DNA of 63,832 bases, counting the filler, from Bigelowiella natans CCMP2755 (Eukaryota; Protista; Cercozoa), in NCBI GenBank assembly GCA_000320545.1. It is 6 parts of 6 records of this genome, joined end to end, with 100 filler letters (N's around TTAATTAATTAA, not from the genome) between each part and the next. Parts side by side here need not be neighbours in the genome. Positions count along the whole stretch, not along the records: positions 51,181 to 62,406 come from ADNK01003346.1; positions 62,507 to 63,832 come from ADNK01001736.1; 4 more parts are not named here. One strand, given 5' to 3'. The notes below the pieces were generated by a model. That model saw only the letters and a program-made list of their open reading frames with translations. It ran no database searches and was not told where the DNA came from. Positions 53,511-63,832 of the stretch are shown here, piece after piece (position 1 is the first letter of the stretch; every line of letters starts with the position of its first letter). Position numbers and translations under genes: made by a program.

Positions 53511-54823
53511 CTAGATGAAATTTCTGCCTCTTGGATTACCTAGGCGATTTCCAGCTCCCTTTTCGTGGTCATCTTTGTAGTTGTCCCAATCCCTCCGTTT
53601 CTTCTGCCTGGCGTTGTGCTCTTCGTCGTCGTCTTCGTCACTGTGCTCCTCCTCCTCCTTTGTCTCCTCGTCCTCGTAGTTGTTGTTCTTGCGTTCCTTC
53701 TTCCTTGGTCTGCACGTGGGGGAGGTTGCCGTCGTTGCAAAGAGAGTGAAGATGAGACACTCGTGAAGGCCGTAAAAATGATAAAAACTGCCATCACAGT
53801 TCTTCGCGAGCGGTGACGCGAGCGCGCGCGCGCGCTTTTACATAAAGTTCTCCCCCCCCACCCCCCTTCTGAATGTATCTTGGCCTCCCTCTTCCCCCAC
53901 GTGCTATTGCGCAATTTGTAGGTGTGTGCGTGTGCGCGCGCATAGGTGTGTTGCCAAGCATCGTCGTCGGAAGGAGCGAATACTTTGATCGAACCTACCC
54001 CTCCCCCCCTCCCCCCCCCCCCCCCTTTCCAACTCGACGCCTTCTGCACAACAACAGGAGCGAATTCAACTTACTTCGGCTGCGGCCTCGGGATCTTGCC
54101 CTGCTTCATCTCGAGCTCCAGCATGGTGTCTAAGTCCATAGTCGGCATGTTGCGGGGAACGTACATCTCGCTCAGCACCTGCGTCCGTGCGTCTGGCTTG
54201 CCGCTCACAGTGCCCGCGATCTTCCTCGTATGGCTCGCAGGTGCCTAAGGCGTCGTAAGAGTGATGAGTTGAGGAGGCAGATCCCGCAGTCGCAAGAGTG
54301 CGAGGGCAACGAGGACATAGAGGCATCCACAGCAGGGCAGCAGGGTGGTCACCATTAATGGAGGATCACAAATATCGGAGCTGATGGTTGCGTGTCCTTG
54401 TTTGGGTGTGGGAGCAGAGAGTGCTGACATTGACATCTCCGGGCGTCACTGTGGATGCCGTTGATGATCTTTGGACAGGCTAGCGCATGTGCTGCATCTC
54501 ATGTGTAGGGGCTGTGTTTTCGTGTATTGTTGGCTCTCATTTTGACCAGATTTAGTCGCTGCATGCCGCCCGCGAGGCTAGCTCCTCCCCCCTGCCTCGG
54601 ATTCGAAGCTGCTGGGGCCTTGACTATACCAGCTCTCCGCATGAAGTCCTCTGCGCTCTTGATGTGTATGATGCTCGAGCCGTCGCCCTAACCATCATCG
54701 TACACGTTCAAGAAAGGGGGGGAGGGAGGGAGGGAGGGGTGGTCTTTAGTACGCTTCAGATGTGAAAGGAAAAGCAACGTTTCTTCCATGATTTTGGTTA
54801 TGGGATGCACAAGTGACGAAGGC

Positions 54824-54860
<37 letters not shown>

Positions 54861-56409
54861 CGCTAGCAGATATGCCTCATCATATTCGTAAAAATAGAGT
54901 GCATAAATGAGGAATGACGAGGGCAACAACAACAGCGACAACTACAAGGTAATAAAATATTGACTCGCTCTCTCCCATCCTCTTAAAAAACGGCTGCTTA
55001 TTGTGAAGAACTCTCGTAGTCGCCACCTTTTTTGGTAGCGGGCGGGGAGCCCCATCCTGCGTAGCTCCGCCACCGCCGTTCTTCGCTATTTCCTCCTCCC
55101 GTTTTCGCTGGAATTCTATCATCCTCAGCTCGTCCTCTGCGAAGCGAAGATGATCGAGGCACTCGGATATGGCCAGCTTTGCCTTTAGAACCTGCTTCCT
55201 GCGCTCATCGTCGTCCTCTTCCAGGTCATCATCCTCCTTGACGCCCTCCTTCTCGGCCTTCAACTTCTCCCGTTTTAGCAATTCTTGGAGGTCGGACTTG
55301 TGCTTCTTATTTGCTTTGTGCCTGGGAAGGAGGGAGGAGAGGGCGAGGGGAGGAAAAGGGGGGGCGGCGAGGGGTGTTAATCGCTTGATCATTTATCCCT
55401 TACTCTTTCTAAGAACGTACATCGATACAACTCTAAGGGCTCCTTTCCCCTTCCCGTTCTTCGACCCATCATTGATTCACCATTCTTCTTCTTTTTTATG
55501 TTCAGTCAATGCCAAACACCAATATCCCACTGGGAGCTCTGCTGATGTCATCGCTCATCTATCCTTCCTGGCAGAGAAGATGCGAATTGGTTTGGGTGAC
55601 TCTCACCGTTCGATTTTCTCCGTCCGAGCTGTAGCGATACTCCCAGGCTTGCCGTTGCGTTTGTAGCACGCCTTGTCCTAATTACAAGCATCCTGTATCA
55701 TCATCAATGTCGACGTCATCATGCTGCGCTGTTGCACGCTACATGTCCCCCGCGCGCTCCTATGCGCGCAGAGTAATACCAGCTCGGACATAAGCTTGAG
55801 GTCTTCGCATTTGCTTAAAAACCTTTTTATGCACGCCTGGCAATGGTAGGTAAGGTTAGTGGAGGGAGCATGATGAGAGTCGAGGGGGGAAGAGTCAAGG
55901 AAGCAGTGTCTAATAATGCGAATCGAGGTGATATTTGAGTGCTTACCAGCCCCTCCTTTATGAATCGATCCCTATACTTTTGCTCGTACAGGTTGAGGAA
56001 GAGATCCCCAATGAAGAAGTCGCAGAGAAGGTACTTCATATTCGTAGAGGATATGTCTCGCAGTTCCTCGTTGTCAGAGAAGAGCGCCAGGCTGCCCACC
56101 ATTCGTCGTACCTACGGCCGCAAATATTGTCCTCACATCCACCGGCGATAGGAGAGCAGTGAATCGTATCGCTGAAAAGCTGATTGACCTTCACGTTCGA
56201 AGAAATTGCCTTTTTTACAAGGGTTATTTGCGCTGGGTCGCTAGAGCCAAGCATCGAATCCTTGACCTTCTGGTAGAGAGAATTCGCTTCATGATATGCT
56301 TCTGAAATCGTCAGCTCCTTCTCATCTCCGCCTCTGTGTATATATGACGTCAAATTAGTGGTGCGGGCAAGGCACAGAAGGCATCGTCGTACGTTCCCGA
56401 AGAAGCCAT
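53511..56409 (-). CDS. TAP42: TAP42/alpha4 (IGBP1) PP2A regulatory subunit
   Basis: LFSDNEELRDISSTNMKYLL, PRNMPTMDLD, RDWDNYKDDHEKGAGNR. Confidence 0.92.
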
Positions 56410-56796
56410 TCTTCGATTCGCGGAATTTTCCCCTTTCTTGGCTCAGATTGGTGGTGGCGAAGTTTAAAGCCCCAAATATCTAAGCGACAATCAAAAAGTG
56501 CAGAGTCCTGATTAAAAAATAGATGCGCGTCAACTCATCGGGGCGAAACAGTTGAAGCGAGGAAGAAATACATCGAATTAATATCCTACCTTTTTATTTG
56601 ATTTGCCCGTCCTCTTGGCAACTGAAGGCAATCTCAGGTTCATCTCATCGGCTCAACAGAGATAGAGAAGCCAGACAGCCGGAAACTTCTGCACGTGAAG
56701 ACGAGTGGGTAATTCTTACAGCGACAACACTATTTTCAAGTCGCAGACAGAATTTTAAAGGAATTCTGTCCAAATTGGTCTGTGAAAAGCACCAGA

Positions 56797-57468
56797 ATGA
56801 GAGCTGGGCGCGTCCCCGCCGTCGGTTCCTCGTCGACGGCGGTGACGCCCTCGATTATGCTCGCCATTGCCGCCGCCATCGTTGCTAGCCCAGCGAATGT
56901 GAAAGCAGAGCAGGACTTGATGTCCTTTGAGCTGTCGATCGAGTGCATGAAGGTATGGGCGGATGGCATATCCTTTTTTTAAAAAACTGAGCAATGGTGG
57001 GTTGAAAATGCTGCACGTCGCCATGCAGGAGCTGGTTGCTGCTGGGATCCTAGAGCACGAAACATCTAGTAATTTCAATTCGGAGCGGCGACGAGGATGG
57101 CACATGTTTGTCCCTTCGGGTACGGAACGGCGTCGCGCGTGCGGACGATAAAATTGCCCTGCGCCACCACCCTGCCCGATCTGATCTAATGCCCGAACTC
57201 TCTCTCTTTACCAAAGGAGGCACATACCGCTATCACTTGAGCTGCCAGGCTAACCCCCAGTTTTCTGCACATGGGGGATGGAGCTCAAGGTCTGTCTTTC
57301 TTCACCCGTCCTCTATCATTTGGATGATGCGAAGGTCGTCGCCATAAAAGCGTTCCCACAAACCGACATCATCAGAGACGGGTACCTTCAACGCTGCCAC
57401 CTCACCGCCCGACGGGTTGACGAGTACTGGAGAGATAGGTCGAATGTATATTTGTATATGTATGTCTG

Positions 57469-57505
<37 letters not shown>

Positions 57506-58079
57506 CAAAGCATGGTTCTTGATACTAGATCGTGACCTCGAAACTCTCTTCTAAACACGCGTGTGTAGGGGCCGTCATTCAGGAGAACCGGGAGAGGCGG
57601 GGGTCGCATACGCTTGCGATGGTAGTAACTTGAAATGAATAGCATTCATTATGACAGTAGACTAACTGAGTGTTGTAGTTATGATGATTAAGACGTTTAT
57701 GTAACAGACAATTGTAGGAAGTTAAATGTAGAATTTTACAACCAATGCTGCCTGTAATAGCTCCTCTCTCCCTCCCCCCCTTCTTGGACCTGTTACTCCT
57801 ATTTCAGTGCGAAGTCCGTGCATTGGCCCGTTCTGCCCATTCTCTTACTTCAGCAGAAAGCGGCAGCGAAATCAGTAAAAAATTGAATATCATTATCAAT
57901 ATCATTATCCGTAAAAAGACGTTTCTTCCCCTCCACCTGAGCCCCTCTCATCCTCTCTTCCCCCATCTTCTCTTTCTCGGCCGTCACAGATGCTACGAGC
58001 AACTAGAAGGCATATCCATGGCGATCAGTTCCTGTCTGAAATGCAATGTAAGTTGGACGTCCTACAACCCCCCGATCTA

Positions 58080-58119
<40 letters not shown>

Positions 58120-58603
58120 GCACACACTCTCTGTAAACTTCAACGATGACCCTCGGTGGTGAGGCAAACTCCGTGGTCGTACTTGTCAAAACAGAATGTG
58201 GTGAGAGAGGGAGAGGGGGGGGGAGGGGTAGAGCATCGCTATTCCTTCCTGTCCAACATTTCTTTCATTCATTGCACTTTCACTTCAGGTAGAGAACTCC
58301 AAAGGAAGCATGCACTTGTCTTCATCTTCATCGTCATCGTCAGTGTTCTCCTCGTTACTGTCTCCCATTTTTTCTGGAGAAGCGGGAGTTATCGGCACGT
58401 TGCTGTGGGGTGTAGCAGGTGCAGCATGCGGAATTATCGCGATGAACTATCTTAGACGTGCTAGTGGTGGAAGGCGACGGGGTCGTGGGAAAAATAGGCG
58501 GAACAAAAAATACAATCTAGACAATGAACGAAGAAGCAACGAAATGAGAAGAGGAAGAGACAAGCTCATTAACAGCAATTTCACGAAGCAGAAAGAGACA
58601 TGA
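56797..58603 (+). CDS. Hypothetical type I membrane protein, multi-exon
   Basis: Signal-like IMLAIAAAIVASPANVKA, Cys-containing exons, C-terminal TM (VIGTLLWGVAGAACGIIAM) and a basic tail. Confidence 0.55.
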
Positions 58604-59049
58604 CACCAATAAGATCGAGCAGATATGTATGGACTAACGATAGCACACGTGCGAACATCCACGTTAACTAGTAGTTAAGTGCGGTTCCGTTGCACGCAGT
58701 CGCGGTGGCAGCAGTATGTGATTTTGCAATCTAGTTATGCAGCATATTTGGCAGTTATGCACACAATGCTAGAATGTGATGATCAGTGGTGCTATGGCTC
58801 GATCTATCTAGCTATATGCGGTATTTGCGCGACGCTATTAACAAGCACAGCCTGAATGCGCAGCTAAGTAGTAAATATGCTATGGTGAGGGGAGAATAAC
58901 ACGCAACATGCATGTGCGGCCTGAGCATCGATCGTGCAATGCTAGATATAGAATGATAGCGTGTCGATCCTGCTAGCATGCACGACCATTAATGATCAAG
59001 TAACAATCTATATATGAAATATTCATGGTGGAGGATTGCGCACAACATT

Positions 59050-61763
<2,714 letters not shown>

Positions 61764-62336
61764 AGCGAATTCAGTAGTCATAGTAGACTTCACTGTTAGG
61801 GTTGGATGGGGGCGGGTGGAAAAGCCGTTGTGACCGAACAAAAGCCCAAGAAAATGCCGAGGAAATTTGCAAATGCGACATCAAGAAAACGTGTCGCAGA
61901 TTGGAATTCCCTTACGTTTGAGCCTCTATGCCAGCGACCGCCTGCAAAATCATGGAAATTGCTGCGAAAGTTCTCCAAACATGCAACAATAAGCGATTTA
62001 TTAGTGCGACATGTAATTTATCGAGTCGCATGGTGGAATTATGGGGCATTTTGGTTAAATATTTTTGCACGTATCTGTCCCGACCCTTCTCTCGGGCACC
62101 ACAGCACAGCACAATGAGGCCTAGGAGAGGGGGCAAGGCCCAACAGGACGATGCAAAGGGGAAGGTCAAACGAAGGACGAATGTTCCTGGGGTCTTTTGT
62201 TCATCACGGTCGGTGCGGCCTGTGTGTCAGCGAGCTTGTGATGAGCTAGGACTTCGGTTCTCGGAGAGGTGCTCTGAAATATGTGTAACACATGTATGTG
62301 TGTGCGTGTGTGTGTGTGTATTGTTTGTATGTATAT

Positions 62337-62380
<44 letters not shown>

Positions 62381-62565
62381 AGGAGAGAGAGAGAGAGAGA
62401 GAGAGANNNNNNNNNNNNNNNNNNNNNNNNNNNNNNNNNNNNNNNNNNNNTTAATTAATTAANNNNNNNNNNNNNNNNNNNNNNNNNNNNNNNNNNNNNN
62501 NNNNNNCCAGATGCAGATGCTTGTGATGCTACGAGCAATCTAGGGTCAACAACGGCGATGCAAAG

Positions 62566-63273
62566 ATGACATCCATTTGCAAAAAATTGAATTTTCAAAT
62601 GGAAATCTGTGACCCAAATGCATCATTACAATTACAGGTCAAGCAAATAGAGAACTACAAACCTCAAAACTTTTCACAACCTGCACGAATTGCATCAAAT
62701 GGGGTTGCTTCACAATGGTATGCTAACTTGGAAAGTGTCAAAAGGAAGATTAAGCAGGATGCAATCAACATAGAACAAATCCGTAAGCATGCTTGTAAAA
62801 CATATGGTCAAGAAAGACAGAAACTTAACCAAATGCAGAAAGGCAGTATGGCATATTTCCAAAGAGATGCACAATTACAAGCGATGTGGAATTATATGGT
62901 GACAACTTTCAAATCAAAGTTAGCGGAAATGGAAGAAGCATTGGAAGACATTGACAAAACTATGAAGTGGTTGTTGCCCAAAATGAAAGAGGATGAAATC
63001 AAACTGGCGACAAGAGAAGTGATGGAAGTTGTGGAAAGAAAGATGGGTTATGCGAGGCAATACAGAAAAGGTTTTACTACCTATGTGACACAAAATGGAA
63101 AAAGATATTGGTTTCAAGTTAATAGAAACCGAGAATGGAAAGCAGTCACACTGGATGATTTGAGAAATGTGCATCAAAAGGCATTTTGGGGCAAAAGTAG
63201 GTTTGATGATGAAGAAAAAGAGGATGATGTAGATTATGACCAACTGATGGCAAGTGAACTTAAAGCAGAATAA
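62566..63273 (+). CDS. Intronless AT-rich hypothetical coiled-coil protein (235 aa)
   Basis: Uninterrupted ORF, K/E/Q-rich, with composition unlike the host genes. Confidence 0.65.
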   Translation: MTSICKKLNFQMEICDPNASLQLQVKQIENYKPQNFSQPARIASNGVASQWYANLESVKRKIKQDAINIEQIRKHACKTYGQERQKLNQMQKGSMAYFQRDAQLQAMWNYMVTTFKSKLAEMEEALEDIDKTMKWLLPKMKEDEIKLATREVMEVVERKMGYARQYRKGFTTYVTQNGKRYWFQVNRNREWKAVTLDDLRNVHQKAFWGKSRFDDEEKEDDVDYDQLMASELKAE

Positions 63274-63317
63274 TAAAACACTTGTTGCTTTCGCATATAT
63301 CAGCATCCGCATATGTC

Positions 63318-63486
63318 AGCACATAGCATAGCACAGCACATAGCACGGCACAGCATATAGCACGGCACAGCATATAGCACATAGCACAGCACATAGCACG
63401 GCACAGCATATAGCACGGCACAGCATATAGCACGGCACAGCACATAGCACGGCACAGCATATAGCACATAGCACAGCACATAGCAG
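63318..63486. repeat. Minisatellite built from TAGCAC/GCACA modules (main unit TAGCACGGCACAGCATA)
   Basis: Read directly; lies between two convergent ORFs. Confidence 0.93.
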
Positions 63487-63510
63487 TCGCAGTATTCGCT
63501 TTGCTTCACA

Positions 63511-63825
63511 TTATTTATTATCCTTCATCTTTGGCGACGGCAAGAATGTGCCCAGTATTAATATAACTATATTTAAAAAAGCATTCCGCTCGGACGAATT
63601 ATTAACTGTGATAACTTGTAACATACTAAATACAAGCACACTAAATATGACTCCGCTCTTTAAGAAGAACTCTAATGCTCTTTTATCGCTAGTTACACAG
63701 CAAGATTGATATGTGTTCTCTAATTTCGCATCCTCCACTTCCATTTTGTGTAGTATCTCCTGCTCCAATCGCTTCTTGAACTCTTGTGAGTGCTTCACAT
63801 CCCAGACCAGTTCTTTATTATCCAT
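63511..63825 (-). CDS. Small two-TM protein (SCC...D...LPSPK), resembling small membrane proteins of Polinton-like/large DNA viruses
   Basis: 104-aa intronless ORF: SCCVTSDKR, TM1 GVIFSVLVFSMLQV, TM2 FLNIVILILGTFLPSP. The family resemblance is from recall and was not searched. Confidence 0.6.
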   Translation of the reverse strand: MDNKELVWDVKHSQEFKKRLEQEILHKMEVEDAKLENTYQSCCVTSDKRALEFFLKSGVIFSVLVFSMLQVITVNNSSERNAFLNIVILILGTFLPSPKMKDNK

Positions 63826-63832
63826 ATATACA

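Noticed and set aside
62114-62406. Possible gene start MRPRRGGKAQQDDAKGK
   Set aside because: Cut by the gap and too short to support a call.
63318-63486. CRISPR-like array, or Cys-rich ORFs 63260-63509
   Set aside because: No unique spacers. The ORFs are translations of the minisatellite.

Overview
Eukaryotic nuclear DNA with many introns and microsatellites. It is probably from a chlorarachniophyte alga (Bigelowiella-like), inferred from signal-peptide plus transit-peptide leaders on a plastid-type NFU and a PIMT. The window is six contig pieces joined by artificial N-TTAATTAATTAA-N spacers. I reconstructed these spliced genes by eye: NFU, HMG-CoA lyase, a bacterial-type GTP cyclohydrolase I exon, RtcB, a tandem-SH3 protein, Leo1, PIMT, an EF-hand/PH protein, Sec61-beta (absent from the ORF track), a RING-H2 ligase, a coiled-coil protein, a class II aldolase/adducin-like protein, an HSL-family esterase, TAP42 and a TMEM163-like protein. 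Most notable observations: (1) intergenic zones almost devoid of TpA, where the surviving TpA sites are mostly CTAG, suggesting a context-specific RIP-like TA->TG/CA hypermutation process; (2) a TpA-rich Ty3/Gypsy-type LTR element abutting such a zone, whose compact integrase (D-27-E) carries a degenerate DIRS/Dam-like adenine methyltransferase domain where a chromodomain can sit; (3) two intronless genes with a single lesion each (an H-lectin kinase with TAG at a Trp position, and a dead beta-lactamase-like gene with a +1 frameshift) that share a homologous 3' flank; (4) a final AT-rich, virus-like contig. All exon boundaries and counts are manual and approximate.
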